Part shown: positions 1 through 23,239 of the stretch, piece after piece
Numbering within the stretch: the stretch's first letter is position 1
Layout of the letters: every line of letters starts with the position of its first letter
The notes under the pieces: generated by a model
What the model was told of the DNA's origin: nothing
What the model saw: the letters and a program-made list of their open reading frames with translations, nothing else
Databases searched by the model: none
Position numbers and translations under genes: made by a program
Source: the human T2T-CHM13v2.0 reference genome, Homo sapiens
Length of the DNA stretch: 64,000 nt
Direction: 5' to 3' (one strand)
Assembly (NCBI RefSeq): GCF_009914755.1
Contig: NC_060934.1

Positions 1-248
1 GAAGGTGAAGGGGAAGCAAGGCACCTTCTTCACGGGGCAGCAGGAAGGAGAAGTGCCAAGCAAAGGGGGAAGAGCCCCTTACAAAACCATCAGCTCTCCT
101 GAGAACTCACTATCGTGAGAACAGCATTGGGGAAATGACCCCCATGATTCAATTACCTCCACCTGGTCTCTCCCTTGACTTAATGGGGATTATGGGGTTT
201 ACAATTCAAGATGAGATTCGAGTGGGGACACAAAGCCTGACCATATCA
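1..248 (+). mobile_element. MaLR LTR (THE1-like), 3' part
   Basis: gagaactcactatc...cccatgattcaattacctccacc...caattcaagatgagatt...ccatatca is the typical THE1/MST LTR end. Confidence 0.85.
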
Positions 249-893
249 GTGGGTAAGGGTGTGATTGAAGTCTCTTATTCCTGTCTCTCGCCTGATTAAT
301 TCTGCATACCTCACATAGCTCAGACTGCTCTGAGTTACTTTTCTTTCACATTATCGAGCACCTACTGTTTGCCAGACTGTAGGTAACAAGACGGAAACAA
401 TTTCTGCCCTCATGGAGTTCATCAATACACATACACACATCCCTCTTAGTAGGAGAAAAGGCTAGTGTTAGAGACAAATAAAAAGGTCCTTATTAATTAA
501 TATGATTAGAGCTATGAGGTGAGAGAGTGAAGTACAAAAGCTATATAAGTACAAGGGGCATAAATCTAGAACCACCCATGTCAGGGCAATAAGAATTAAA
601 AAATGAGTTATGTTTTTGAAGGGAAATGGAGGCAGCAAGTTTCAAGGCTTGGAGACCAGTTCAGAGAAATACACCTTGCCCTTTCCACCAAGATGGATGT
701 GATTGGTTCCACCACTTGTTATGTCTGCAGTGTGCCTTCCGGTAGAATAATATCATTAATAGTTTTTTTTCTCTTGACTTTTAATATGCAAGATGAAATC
801 TAGTTGTCACTCCTGACTCAATGTCAGGATTAAGTAGTTAGAAGAGGCAGCTCACATTGCCTTGGCCAAGACTTAAAAGGTCTTGTATTCAAA

Positions 894-1999
<1,106 letters not shown>

Positions 2000-2145
2000 C
2001 AACCATGATCACTTCACCAGAGAGGCTAAAATGTTAAATCACTGGTGGTTATGTCCTCTCATTTCCTAATGAAGAAATACCTGACCTGGATACAAATGTT
2101 TCATGATCTCAGTACAAACAGTGATGTTTTAAATTAAGCTATACC

Positions 2146-2499
<354 letters not shown>

Positions 2500-2739
2500 T
2501 TAAGTGGGTATTTATATCAAGACCATTCTTTTCATTATTCACTGCTCATTATTGAGCACATTGGGGGAATCCCTAACAAAGAGATAAGGACGTTAGGTCA
2601 GGTCATTTAGCCTCTTTAAGAACCTACAAAACATGGATAAGCCTGTAATCCCAGCACTTTGGGAGGCCGAGGTGGGCAGATAACAAGGTCAGGAGATCGA
2701 GACCATCCTGGCTAACACCGTGAAACCCCGTCTCTACTA

Positions 2740-5104
<2,365 letters not shown>

Positions 5105-5150
5105 AAATTAGCCGGGCGTGGCAGCGGGCGCCTGTAGTCCCAGCTACTCA

Positions 5151-5300
<150 letters not shown>

Positions 5301-5489
5301 TCATGAAGGTGGAATGCACAGGAAGCACTTTCCACTGTGCACAACACCTGGTAAGTGTGTTCCATTATTCATTACTGTCCATTTTGGTTCAGCAGTTTAA
5401 CAGCATGTCAGAATGAGTAGGAATCATAACTACTGCATAGTCATGAGTGTTTCCATTCAAAGAAGCCATTTTCTTTATTAGAAACTATA

Positions 5490-6184
5490 GCTTAGTGGTA
5501 ACTATAGTCAACCAACTACAGTTGTTCTGGGGACTAAGGTTGCTTTCTTTGTTATACCCTTTGATTAATAATGTTAAAAGACCCAGAAGAAGAAACTGGA
5601 GAAGGACAGAAGCAATAAACACATCACACAAAGGTGAGGAGGTTGGAAATCTGAACTGAGAGAAGTAGCTCAAACATTTCTACTTTTTTCTAGTTCCTCT
5701 TTTGTCCTTTAGCCTCCTTTATTAATATCTGCTCCATAGGGGGAAAGCCTAGTGAGAAATCCAAGTTTTAGGGACCTCTATGCACTTGTTACCATGTCCA
5801 CCAGGGGGAGGCCTGACAACACATTTCTGTGGTAAGGTAATAGGTGGGAGTGGGTCAAAGTCTCTTTTTTGTAGAAGTTTCTCATTAACACTTCATCAAG
5901 ATTAGAAAAACAGTGATACTGTTGACGAATGCACGTGTGCCACTTGATTTCAAAGAAGCAAGTTGATTTCAACCGTCTAATTTTTTATTGGTGTGCTAAG
6001 AAAGGGGCGAATATAAACCCTAAGGGCAGAATCAAAAACCAGACTGTAAGCTGATCAAAGTAAGGGGATCTTAGACTGTTCTTTTATCAGTAGGACAGAA
6101 AAATGCACACTGGCAGAGAGCTCTAAGAAATTCCACATGTAATATCAAATAAAATTTCTAATCTCACATTGCCTTCAAATACAT
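5490..6184 (-). pseudogene. Fossil exon M (possibly terminal)
   Basis: Acceptor TTTCCTATAATTTAAG|; VFEGNVRLEILF / WNFLELSASVHFSVLLIK...DSALRVYIRPFL; later HCFSNLDEVLMRNFYKKETL. The 3' end is uncertain. Confidence 0.45.
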
Positions 6185-6244
6185 CTTAAATTATAGGAAA
6201 TGTTTAATACACTTCTGGGGTGAAGCACATTTCTCTACCCTTAC

Positions 6245-6934
<690 letters not shown>

Positions 6935-7387
6935 CTGTAAGGAAACACCTGTCATACTTGTCTGTTCAATGGCACTAACACAAATAAACAAATAGGCTCA
7001 CTCTCAATGTTTGAATACAGCCCAAACAATAGAAGCAGAGCTCAGTGTGACATGGAATTCCATGACAACCTTCCTTCTAAGCAAATTCCATTCAATTTTC
7101 ATCCCCACTTAATCACTTGCACCATCAGTTTAAACTAGATTTTATAAGAACCTGCCTGCTAATGAATACTATTATTTCTGCATAGGGTTTTATAGAGATT
7201 TTAAAATGCTTCTCATATATCATCTCAGTTGATCTTCACAGCAAATCTGTAAAGTTGGTAGGGTTTATTGGTCCTTATTTTATAGATGGCCTGAAAAGTT
7301 AGGTGCCTTGCAAAGGTCATGCCATTAACAAAGAAGGTATATAATGTTGACGTGAAGTCCTATATGCTTTCTGCAGCAACAGATCAC

Positions 7388-8401
7388 CTCTTGTATCATG
7401 ACCAAATGTGAATCTAACTCATTTTAATTCATTTTTTCTCTTCTGTCCCTTCCTCTATCTCCATGCTTCTTTTTTGAAGATCTTCCCTTAATTTTTTTTT
7501 CCTGAAGCCTACAAATTTCTCCCACTTATTTATCTCTTTATTATTTATGTAGCTCTGATCCTTCAGGCTACACACCTTTTGCAAGGATATGGATAATGTC
7601 TACTTTCCTTTGATTTTTTTGTCCTCCTCCTGTTTGTTCTATTCTGACTCTAGAGACAACAGGCTATTTGGCATAGATTTTATATGTGAATTGGTCCCTT
7701 TCCTTCTTATCTGAGGCATTTAAGCATGAGTTGACCCAAATTGACATGCTCTCTGGACTTCTATTCATTACACAGACTTCAGCTTCCACAACATCTAAAA
7801 TAGTCTCTAACTGGATATCAGATTTCAGAGTGGTTTTTTTTTTTTTTTGGGACTTACTGGTCACAGTGCCACCAAACCTTTATATTCTCAGGTCCACATA
7901 TCAAAAATCTGCCCTGGATTATAATATTATGCTGCTTTACCACAATATGTCTTCCACCTAATCATATGATCTCCAACAATTTTATTCCTGAATAATAATG
8001 TATGTAGACAAATATTTAGCTTGCTGCTTAATCCTGTGTCCTTTAAAAACTGTTCTTCAGATCTTATTTCTTCAGATGTTTCTTCACACATAAACCATAA
8101 GCTTTACATCACACTCCATCACAGTCTGTCTAAAACTAGGCAAAATGGGATTTCACATCAAAGTTTCACCTATATAATCCCTGAGGACCAGCTGACTTGG
8201 AAATTAATCCTAGCAACAGATAATCTTCGCAGAGATTTCTGATGAAGTGTTTTTTTCCCTGAGACATTGCTGGCAGTCCTTTTTAATTCCGGTGACCTTA
8301 GAGGAATAAGCAGATGTCCCAACCCTATCAGAAGTTCCTTTTGCCTTTTCCCCTCCTCAAGGTACAGCAGAATTTATCTCTCTGCTTTTTTTTGTTCCAT
8401 C
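7388..8401 (-). pseudogene. Fossil exon K (~1.0 kb)
   Basis: Acceptor CTCTCTCTTTTTTTAAATGTATAAAG|G; MEQKKAER*ILLYLEEGKRQKELLIGLGHLLIPLRSPELK...SVARINFQVSW...GLSSKLNICLHTLLFRNKIVGDHMIRWK; frameshift at the T-run ~7833-7848; then SDIQLETILDVVEAEVCVM...; donor GAG|GTGATC. Confidence 0.7.
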
Positions 8402-8764
8402 CTTTATACATTTAAAAAAAGAGAGAGATGTTACAACATTTCTTTTGCTTCTTTTTCTGCTACCTTTCTACTCTTTGAGACGACTATTATCAGACAAAGC
8501 TGGCTGCAGATCTTGGCTCCACCCCACTTTATCACCTGTGTGACCCTCAGCAAATGAACCTCTGAATCTCTGAACCTCAGACTCTGTGTGTGTAATATAC
8601 AAAAGGTGATAGCTACTTCAAAAGGCTGTTGTCAGGAACAAGGCAGATAATATACCTAAAGCACGTAGCACAATGTCTGGTTCATAATAAGTGCCAAGAC
8701 ACCATGTTATTATTTATTATTATTATTTTTCCTCTTCTCAATTTCAGTTCTTCCCAGTGCTTAC

Positions 8765-9103
8765 TTCCCAATTACTTCATGGCATAATCTTTTTACTCTC
8801 CATCAATTATTTTTCAAGGACTCTATTCCCTCTCAAAGTGGACTACTAGCTAACCTTCTACCAAAGCAGCCATCAATATTCAGGACGCCAATAATACTGA
8901 TTAAATATTCACTGTAATGTCTAGTCCTATATTAGACATGATGACCTCAGAGATGTAAACTGACCTCAGAGAGAAGGGCTCTTAAACAGCTAGAACTCCC
9001 ACGTTTCGATTCCTGGACAATCCGCAAATAAACATCCAAAGTAGATACATTTGCATTTGTCTTCCCATTGTCTTTTGATTACTCTATTTAATTTTTTAAA
9101 AAT
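8765..9103 (-). pseudogene. Fossil exon J (339 nt, phase 2-2)
   Basis: Acceptor GTTTATTTTCAG|; ...NANVSTLDVYLRIVQES...YLISIIGVLNIDGCFGRRLASSPL*...RLCHEVIG; donor GAA|GTAAGC. Confidence 0.62.
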
Positions 9104-9999
9104 CTGAAAATAAACATTTATGAATAATGTCCATATGAACTAATGGATTAAATCTGAACCCCTCACTGGATATTCAAGGCCCTTCATAATATAGCCCTAA
9201 CTTAACTTTCTTATCATTAAATACTCCCTAATGCCTGCCTTACGTTTCAGCCCTTGTCATTATTCATTATTCTGCAGTATTTGCCTTCACATTTTGGCCT
9301 CCGTATCTTTGCTTATGCTATTCCATTTGCATATGTCTTCTCTCATTCTTTTTTTATGTTAAACATTACCTATTCTTAATGTCCATTTCAAATTCTCTGT
9401 CCTCTGACATCACTGACAATCTTACTCCTTTTGCATTTCCGAAACACTCATATGCAGGTATCTATTCATTCAGGGAACAAGTACAAGGTATCATACTGAT
9501 GCTTTGGATACAAAGATTAATTTTTAAAATTTAAAACAATTCCAGCCTAGCAGGAAAACTAATAATAATACCTATAAAACAGAATAACTAGTGTTAAAAT
9601 AAAAGTATATGCAAAGTACAGTTGTTCAGTCTATTCAAATTCTGTTCTTGGGGGCTACAGGGTGGTTAGACTGACTGTCTTTCCAGAGAAAGTGGCACTT
9701 GAATTGGCACACAAAGAATAGATGAGATGTGCCCAGTCCAAGAATAAGAGGAAGTTAAGAGGGGCTGTGGGGGTAGGGGATGGGGGGCGGGAAGCCACTG
9801 GGGAAAAGAAGAGGCATTAGGTTGCGTAGTATGCTAGTGTAGATCAAGGTTATTCAGTGTAGTTCTTCAAGACCAAGCTTGACTACCCCTCTGGCACTGT
9901 CATCCTTCATCTGCAACCCATACCCTAGAAATCAGCTATTCCAATCTAATCTAGATCCCACACCAAGCTGCTCTAATTTCTTGCAACACCTCCCCACGT

Positions 10000-10285
10000 C
10001 TCTCTTTCTTTCTCTTTCTTTCTTTGCTTTTGTCTTTCTTTCTTTTCTTTCTTTCTCTTTCTCCTTCTTTCTTTTCTTTCTTGACAGAGTCTTGCTCTGT
10101 CACTCAGGCTGGAGTGCAGTGGCGTGATCTTGAGTTCACAGCAGACTTAACCTCTTGGGTTCAAGCAGTTCTCCCACCTCAGCCTCATGAGGAGCTGGCA
10201 CTACAGGCATGTGCCATCACACTCAGCTAATTTTTGTATTTTTTTGTAGAGACAGCGTTTCACCATGTTGCCCAGGCTGGTCTTT
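10000..10285 (-). mobile_element. Partial AluJ-like element with a CTTT-rich tail
   Basis: Diverged reverse Alu. Confidence 0.8.
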
Positions 10286-10735
10286 TTTTTTTTTTTTCCT
10301 GGGTAAATCTGCATATTGCTTCCTCTGCAGAGCCATCCCTACTCCTTCAGTCAGGTAAATTAGGTGCCCCTTCCTTATGGCCCTTAGAACTGTGCATAGC
10401 TTTTGTCAATAGTTTTACAATGACTATAAACCTTTTTACTTAAGCTATAAAGTCTTATATATTTCCCTGCTGTCTAACATATGTTGAATGAATGAATGAG
10501 TCAATGGGCACCTGTTATGTGCCAGAAATTCTGGTAGGCCCTAGGAGGGAAAGTGCAGTAAGACATAATTCTTGCCCTTAAGGAGTTTAAAGCTCAGATG
10601 TGTCATAAGGGGTGTATCAGTGGCTGAGGATGAAGGGAGAAGAGAGAAGGAGGTATTGAGTTGTGGGAGCCATTGGCCGAGACTGGAGAGAGGAGACAAG
10701 GAGACGGATTCCCTTTGTGTGTTCCCAGCACCTAC

Positions 10736-10913
10736 CAACATAAAGACTGAAAGCTGTTGGACTCATGCTCAAAAGAATCATAGGCAAGTTGTGTTTGTCC
10801 CATTAAGCTAACATTTAAAAATCAGAAGATTTTATCCAAAAGATGGATTTCCAACTTCTTTTGAATGATCTGGTAACATGGGACTGTAGTCTCAGAATGG
10901 AAAAACAGCTGAC
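10736..10913 (-). pseudogene. Fossil exon I (178 nt)
   Basis: Acceptor CCTTATCTTTAAAG|G; QLFFHSETTVPCYQIIQKKLEIHLLDKIF*FLNVSLMGQTQLAYDSFEHESNSFQSLC with only one stop; donor TTG|GTAGGT. Confidence 0.68.
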
Positions 10914-11634
10914 CTTTAAAGATAAGGTATTAACTCTCACATTTTTTATTTTAAATAAACCTATTTCAGTTAAGAAATGAATTACTTTAAAGAAAAATAA
11001 AGGTAAATAACTAGACAGGCAGTCCTTGGACATGGCCTAAAAAGTGAAGGGGCTCTTAAATGATGGTTCAAGGCCATAGAGAGCAACACATGGGCCTCCA
11101 GTTTGTCTACCACTGCCCACCCTATCCCAGTTCCAACTTCCAACATTTTAGTCAAAATGTATACATAAGTTGGACATATCTGTAAAATCGTTGTGTATTG
11201 CTTCCTTTATAAAGTGCCATCTTTGTAATTATTTTCCAAATTTAGTCTCATCTGATGTTTATATTGCAACTTCTACTTTCCTGTTATTTGTATTTTCTTA
11301 GAATGTCTTTGTTCATTCTTTTAAAGTTTTCTAAGTAATTTTAATTTAGTGCTCTCTCTATATACAGAGTATACAATGTAAATGTTCTTTGCTTTATAAT
11401 CCAAGCAGATTATTTTATAATAGATAGGTTTAGCATATTTACATTTATGGATATAACAGATGAGTGCTAGTTCTATCATTTTTTTGATGATTTCTTTCTT
11501 ATTTTTAGCTTATTTTTAATGATATTTCACTATATGTTCTATGCTTGTTTTGTGTTGTTACATTTTTTCTGACAATTGGAAAAGTTTGTATTTTTGTTTT
11601 ATCTTTATTGTGAAATATACATACTCTTCTATTT

Positions 11635-11942
11635 GTTTTGTTTGTTTGTTTGTTTGTTTGTTTTTAGATGGCGTCTCTGGCAGCCAGGCTGGAACGCGGT
11701 GGGTGATCTCGGCTCACTGCAACCTTTGCCTCCTGGGTTCAAACAATTCTCCTGCCTCAGCCTCCTGAGTAGCTGGGATTACAAGCACCATCACCACGCC
11801 CAACTAATTTTTTGTATTTTTAGTAGAGATGGAGTTTCACCATGTTGGCCAGGCTGGTTTAGAACTCCTGACCTCAGGTGATCCGCCTGTGCTCAGCTTC
11901 CCACTGTGCTGGGATTATAGGCATGAGCCACTGCACCTGGCC
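11635..11942 (-). mobile_element. Alu with (TTTG)n tail
   Basis: Reverse Alu consensus. Confidence 0.9.
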
Positions 11943-12039
11943 CTATTTGTTTAGACGGTATTTAGCTACTACCTATTAAGAAATTATGACATAGTATATT
12001 TACACTTCTTTCTCCCTGTCTTGCGTCTCTGCCACCATC

Positions 12040-12500
12040 CTAAATGGATAGCTGAGGGAAGCAAGTTCCAGGAAATGGGAATGACAAGGGTAAAGGTATC
12101 CTGCGGTAAATTATGCTTAGTTTGTTGATGTATTTGCTTAAGAAATAGCTAAAATGCCCGTGGGGCTGGAGCTGAGTGACAGAGGGAGTGGGAGGGGATG
12201 AGGTCCAAGAGGTCATTAGAGCTGTGTTAGCCATGGTGGCTTTTATTCTGACCCAGGCTTCTGTGTGGAAACTAAATAATAGAGACACCAAGCACAGAAG
12301 CAAGGAAATCATTTGGGAGGCTATTGCAATAATCCAGAGGACAGAAATGATGGTGGCTTTGTCTAGGATGGAGTGCTAGAAAGTTGGTCAGATTCAGGAT
12401 ATATTTTGAAGGTAGAATGGGCCAGATTTGCTGATGGATTAAATGTAGTGTGTGAGAAAAGGATTACTGCAAGGCTTTTGACCTGAGCATTTACTGGGAT
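12040..12500 (-). mobile_element. L2 fragment
   Basis: ggaggctattgcaataatccag...gatatattttgaaggtaga...gatttgctgatggatt is typical reverse-oriented L2. Confidence 0.7.
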
Positions 12501-12529
12501 GTTCTCCAGATTTCTGTAGGAGGATAGCA

Positions 12530-17200
<4,671 letters not shown>

Positions 17201-17254
17201 AAGAGAGAAAGAGAAGCAGACAAACTTAATCTAGGACCAAAGCCTTAGTCATCA

Positions 17255-17513
17255 CTGAGAAGGAATGATTTTAAGTAACACATAATATTTCTACTCAGAT
17301 TCTTCATTGAGCCAAGTCTCCACCATCACATGGGCTCATGCCCAGAGTTTTCTGGGAAGGACAGGAGGCTAAGAGAGGGAGAAGGAGGGAAATGCTGTAA
17401 CTATGAACTGCAAGTATGCTATTCTTAAAATTCTAGAAGACATAGTGGTGCAAGGCATGGTGGGGCAAATTTTTTTCTTGCATTTCTTTTTTGATTCCTG
17501 GTACACACTAAGG
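17255..17513 (-). pseudogene. Fossil exon H (3' edge uncertain)
   Basis: Acceptor TCTTCTGTGTTTTCACAG|; phase 2 matches the end of exon G; LSVYQESKKKCKKK...RILRIAYLQFIVTAFPSF...VETWLNEESE*KYYVLLKIIPSQ. Confidence 0.55.
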
Positions 17514-17830
17514 CTGTGAAAACACAGAAGAGCAGTACAATTCAACGCCAAGGAGGAGACAGGCATCCTTTCTGTATACTGGAGCTATGCTGACAGGAGG
17601 CTAATTTCAACAGTGTGAAAAGTTAGCTTTCTTTTAGGTCCTCTGCTGCAAGTTAACACTAGCTGGCATTGCTGTTGAGAGCCATTAGCCACTCATTAGC
17701 TGCGTTGAGAGTCCATTTTTTATAGCCATTATATTGCAAGTGAAATTCAGAGACATTAAATAATTTGCCCAAGTTCACATTGCTGTTAAGTAGAGAGGTC
17801 AGGATTCAAATCTAAGTTTCTCTGACTCTA

Positions 17831-18191
<361 letters not shown>

Positions 18192-18259
18192 TCAGTAGAA
18201 AGAATTTAAAGAAGAGGGAAAAAAGGGAATCAGAAGAGAAAAGATGGATGGGAAGTATA

Positions 18260-19600
18260 TTCGTTACTTATTATTGCAAAGCAGTATTCCCAGAAATTTA
18301 GTGGCTTAAAATAACACATTTATTAGCTCATACTTTCTTTTTCTTTTTTTTTTTCAACTTTTATTTTAGGATCAGGGGCACATGTCCAAGTTTGTTACGT
18401 GGATATATGGTGTGATGCTGAGGTTTGGGGTACAAACAGCCCCATCACCCAGGTACTGAGCACACTACCCAATAGTTTTTCAGCACTTCCCTGTTTCCCT
18501 GCCTCCTCCCTCTGGTAGTCCCCAGTGTCTGTTGTTGCCATCTTTATGGTAAACATGCCTTCCATGTGTACCCAATGTTTAGCTCCCACTTATACGTGAG
18601 AACATGCAGTATTTTGTTTCCTGTTCCTGCATTAACTTGCTTAGGATAATGGCCTTCAGCTGCATCCACGTTGCTGTGAAGTTCATTGTTTCTTTCTTTT
18701 TTTATAGATATGTAGTATTCCATGGTGTGTATACACCACATTTTCCTTATCCAATCCATCCTTGATGGGCACCTGGATTGATTCCACGTTTTTGCTGTTG
18801 TATGACACAACTTCTGTAGGTCAGGAATCCAGGCATGGCTTAGTGTCAGGGTCTCACAAGGCTGAAATCAAAGGTGTTGGTCAGGTTGGTTTGACTGCGA
18901 AAGATCTGTTCCAAACTCAGATGGTTGGTAGCAGAAGTCAGTTTCTCATGGCCTATTGGACTGAGAGCCTCTTTTTCTTGCCGTCAATGGAGGCCGTCTT
19001 CATTTCCTGCCTGGTTGTTGGCCAAAGGCCACCCTCAGTTCCTTGCCACATGGGCCTCCTGAACATGACCCTTTGCTTCATCAATGCCAGCAAGATGGGC
19101 ATTGTGGGGGGCTTGTTGGGGGCAGAAATGGGGATGGTTAATGAGTACAAAAAAATAGAAAGAATGAATAAGACCCAATATTCAACAGCTCAACAGGGTG
19201 ACTATACTCAATAATAATTTAATTGTACATTTTAAAATAACTAAAAGGGTATATATAATTGGGTTGTTTGTAAGATAAAAGATAAATGCTTGGGCAGATA
19301 GATACCCAATTCTCCATGATGCGATTATTACTCATTGCATGCCTATACCAAAATATCTCATGTACCCCATAAATATATACAACTACTATGTATCCACAAA
19401 AACCTTTTCTAAAAGATGGGCATTGTACCTTAATAATGTAATTGCAGAAGTAAAATGCTATATGCTATCACCTTTGTAGTATTCTGTTGGTTAGAAACAA
19501 GTCACAGATCCCACCCACAATAAAAGGGAAGGGATTACACAAGGGCATGATACCAGAAGATGGGAATCTTCAGGGGCCATCTTAAAGTCTGTCCACAACA
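18260..19600. mobile_element. MLT1 LTR pieces with nested L1 3' fragments (minus ~18340-18800; plus ~19105-19400)
   Basis: ttagtggcttaaa...ttctgtaggtcaggaatcc MLT1 motifs; L1 3'UTR motifs. Confidence 0.65.
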
Positions 19601-20354
19601 GGGAGCAGAGAAGGTTAGGCCTCCATACTCTAGCTTGCCTCTCTGTAAGCCTAAAAGAAATCCCCAAAACCAACATCTTCTCAAATTTTGTTCCCATTTT
19701 GTCACCTGCCAGATGCATAATCATCCTTCAAAATGCAGATCAACTATTCATTTAACCATTAAATTGTTTTCAAATTTTTGTCTCTTATCTACACATTCCA
19801 TTATTCCCTCCTCTGTTGTACCGTGGTGTTCTGTTCAAACTTCTAATAGAGATAGGACTTAACACTTGGTATTATCATTTGTTTATATGCCCCTTTTGTA
19901 CTATCAGCTTTTGAGGGCATAGACTGTCTTATTTATTGAAATACTCACAGAATGTATGCAAACGCCTGACATATATTATGGATTGTTCATAGGTGTTCAC
20001 TGATGAACTGCTATATTAAATATCTCAAGATAAGGGATAATAAGTCCCAGAAAAATGACATAGATAGTAAGTACTATAAGCAATCAGAGGAGTGAGAAAT
20101 TACATTTATTTCATATGACTCTAGAGATAGCAATTGGACTGATAGGTAAATGTTACAAGGAAAGCAAGTTTAGGCTCACTATAAGGAGGAGTATGAATAA
20201 TCAAACTACCCCAGGAGCTGATCTGTTTCCCCAAACTCACTAGTTTCTTATTATTACAGGCCAGTGGTCTGTGATTCCTGTATTTGTTAAAGTATGGGAC
20301 CAAGGACCCCTAATATCTTCTCCTAACTTCTAATCTATGATTTCATGAAGTTAC

Positions 20355-21442
20355 TAAGTGTTTGCTTCCATTAGGCATTTCATCTGTATTTTATTCTTGA
20401 GTTTGATATTTAAGAGGAATTCTTCTTGGAGGACATGATGAAGAAATTGGAAATAGAGTGAGCTCAGAGCTTTTCTCAACAAACCAAACCTTAGGCTGCA
20501 TTCAGGTGATGGATTTACCCTGCATCATGCATCCTGTCTATTGGGATGAAGAAGAGGTACAGGAATAAGAATTCTGGTTCATAAATGGGGTAACTGTGTG
20601 CTTAGGTTTGCAGTAACCATTTGGTGCAGAGAAGGAAAGAAGCAAGGAAGTGGAAGGCAAGACACCAAATGTTTTGGCCTGTGTCACGTGGAAGAAGACC
20701 AAAAGAGAGAAAAAGAGTCTTTTCAGTGGAAAGAAAATGGAAATAATTTGATTCTAGGTAGTAAGAACCCATTAAATGTCTTTCGGTGGAAAAAGCCTGA
20801 GAGATAATGACAGTAAAGACAGCAATGAGCCTTTTTCAACAAACCCTACCGGCTTCTTTTCTTGTATGACCTCTCTAAGCTGCCTGTCTCCCCATGAGCT
20901 TTTCTCTTTGCCCACCAAAGAATCCAAACCCCTCTTCCTCTCTGTTTCCCCTCCAAAGCTATTTTCCTCTTCTTCTTCAGCCACCCAAACTTTTTCTTGA
21001 CTGATCACCTAAATTGTGTTCATTTTCTCAGGGTATTTATTCCAAGTTTGATCTCTGTTGCTGGATTCTCAAGACTGGGGCACCAAAGACACCACTGACC
21101 TCATCTGCCCCAAGTGTCTCAAGGTTTTGAGAGCAGCCCAGGGAAGAACAGAAAAGATGTCTTATTTCAAGATTTCTCTGCACGCTGTTCTTAGTGCTTT
21201 CCACCCGTGTGAAAGTGGATGTTTGATGGAGTTGGTAGTTTTGTATTCTGTAGTATTTGTAGTGTATCTCTACAATGTCACCTCCCACAGTTCATTTTAT
21301 TGCTCACTGTTTTAAAATATGCTTTGCACATAGCACAGGCTCCTGTACCATGGGATTAAATGAATTGAATGTGCTTTCATAGCAGGCTGCTTCGGTGAAC
21401 CCAGCAGACACTACAAAGCATTAATGAATCAATCTTTTGTTT
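20355..21442 (-). pseudogene. Fossil exon G (~1.09 kb)
   Basis: Acceptor CTAATTATTTTCTTGTAG|; ...HGWKALRTACREILK*DIFSVLPWAALKTLRHLGQM...; VISQEKVWVAEEEEE...; SLRFGLLRKALSSLYFQFLHHVLQEEFLLNIKLKNKIQMKCLMEANT, then TA|GTAACT. Confidence 0.65.
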
Positions 21443-21972
21443 CTACAAGAAAATAATTAGGTTCCAGGTAAGTTAAAATCAGTGCCAATGTCTATGAAAG
21501 GAATATTGGGACTATCTTTAAAAATTAAAAAGTCACTTAACATTTGGCCCAAAAGCTTTATTTCTAGGAATCTGTCCTATAGATTTATTCACGCATGAGT
21601 AAATGAGATAGGTTTAAGATTACTACATGGCATGGAAAAAATTTGTAATAGCAAACCAAAAGAAACAACCTGAGGTTTAAAGAATAGGGTTCAAATTAAC
21701 TATATCACAGCACATGGTCACAATGAATTAAAAGGCAGCCCTTAAGAGAAATGAGGCAGATATTTTCATATTGATATGAAACTCTATACAATATATGTTA
21801 AGAAAAGTAAGGTGCAGAACAGTATGTATATGCTCCATTCATAGCTACCATTTCACAATATTTGCATGAAAATATATATTCAGGTGTATATTTGTGCATA
21901 TATACATATATAAGTAATTACAATACCATAAAATTTCAAGAAAAATCAATGCAAAGCTTTATCCATAGCTAC

Positions 21973-22101
21973 CATTATCTAAATATTTGTTACACTGAGT
22001 GCAATGTCAATAGTTTCTGAAATCCAAGCCTAAACTTGAAGATGGCTGGAAACAATCCAGTCTCTGTTAGCTAAGCATGCAATGAAATAGCTAGCCTGCA
22101 C
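21973..22101 (-). pseudogene. Fossil exon F (129 nt)
   Basis: Near-consensus acceptor TGTTTTTGTTCCCACAG|G; the phase-2 frame reads CRLAISLHA*LTETGLFPAIFKFRLGFQKLLTLHSV*; donor ATG|GTAGCT. Confidence 0.6.
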
Positions 22102-23130
22102 CTGTGGGAACAAAAACAGTAGGGTTTTGCCTCACTTACATCAGTAGACCAAGAGGACATTAACTTTCTTCTCTAAGCAGGTCCCTCTAAATCAATTAAA
22201 TTCAGTACTTAGAGTCTTAACAGGCCAGGAGCAGCCCTTCAGATTTCCTCATGTTTATTCCTCTTTTTTTTTAAATTCTGAATCAAAATGCTTCTTTTTC
22301 AGGCCCTACTCAAGCTTTCCCCCACAAAACATCTCAACTGTGAGAGCCCTCAGTAATGGCACCCTTTCCTGGCCCTATAGAGGTTTTGGTCCAGGTCTTT
22401 TCTGGGTACTTGACATATTACTTATATTATCTTCATGTACGTGTTCTGAATTCCTAATTAGACCATGAACACCTGCAGAGCAATGTCACTCATTGGAGAT
22501 AGACAGATGTGGATTCAAATCTACTAGCTGGAAACCACATGTTACTATGTAACCTTGCACTGAAGCTCTCTAAGCCTCATCTATAAAATAAAAATGATAA
22601 AACCTACTTTAGGGTTTTGATGTGATGATTGAATCAAGCAACACTGCCTGCCCCAGAATCTGATACATGTATCAGATGTGAGTCATGTTGCCCCCCTAGG
22701 CTCTAACAAAGTAATTTGTAGAAAGGAAGTCATTGGTGCATATTTATTCATTATAACATGGATTTTTTTTAAAGAAAAGAAAGCAAACATAAACATAATT
22801 TTCAAATATAAACAGTGCAGTAGTCAAATATTGTGCAGGGCAGAATTTTATATTAATATCCCCTCCATCCATTCTATATGACAAAATTATTTTCAGTAAC
22901 ACCGTAAAAAGAAATGACTAATAATGGCCAGAAAAGAAATGCAGATGGAGAAATTTTCTTTTATCTAACTTCAAATACATAATCATTTTGGTAAAAGTAA
23001 GAATAAAAAAATTAAACATTTCAGTAAAATAAAGGAAAATAAAACATTGATCTTTTTTAACCACATTAACAGTTTTGATACAAAGGAAAATACCTATATA
23101 TTGGTCTATAGCAGTAATGAATAACATTAC

Positions 23131-23239
23131 ATTTTCTCTTTTTAAGTGTTAACTTAGACAAATTTATCAATGACCTCATCAAATTTGACCTTCACATCTT
23201 CACATTCAATGAATAGTCTAGCAGGATTTACCTACCAAT
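23131..23239 (-). pseudogene. Fossil exon E (109 nt)
   Basis: Follows a 74-nt GT-AG intron; acceptor TTTTCTCTCAATATAG|; joins exon D in frame as (Y)W*VNPARLFIECEDVKVKFDEVIDKFV*; donor AAT|GTAATG. Confidence 0.68.

Noticed and set aside
7686-8557. Plus-strand ORFs overlapping fossil exons (also 20776-21315, 25022-25369, 36026-36211)
   Set aside because: The splice signals and protein-like frames are on the minus strand; these look like antisense by-products.
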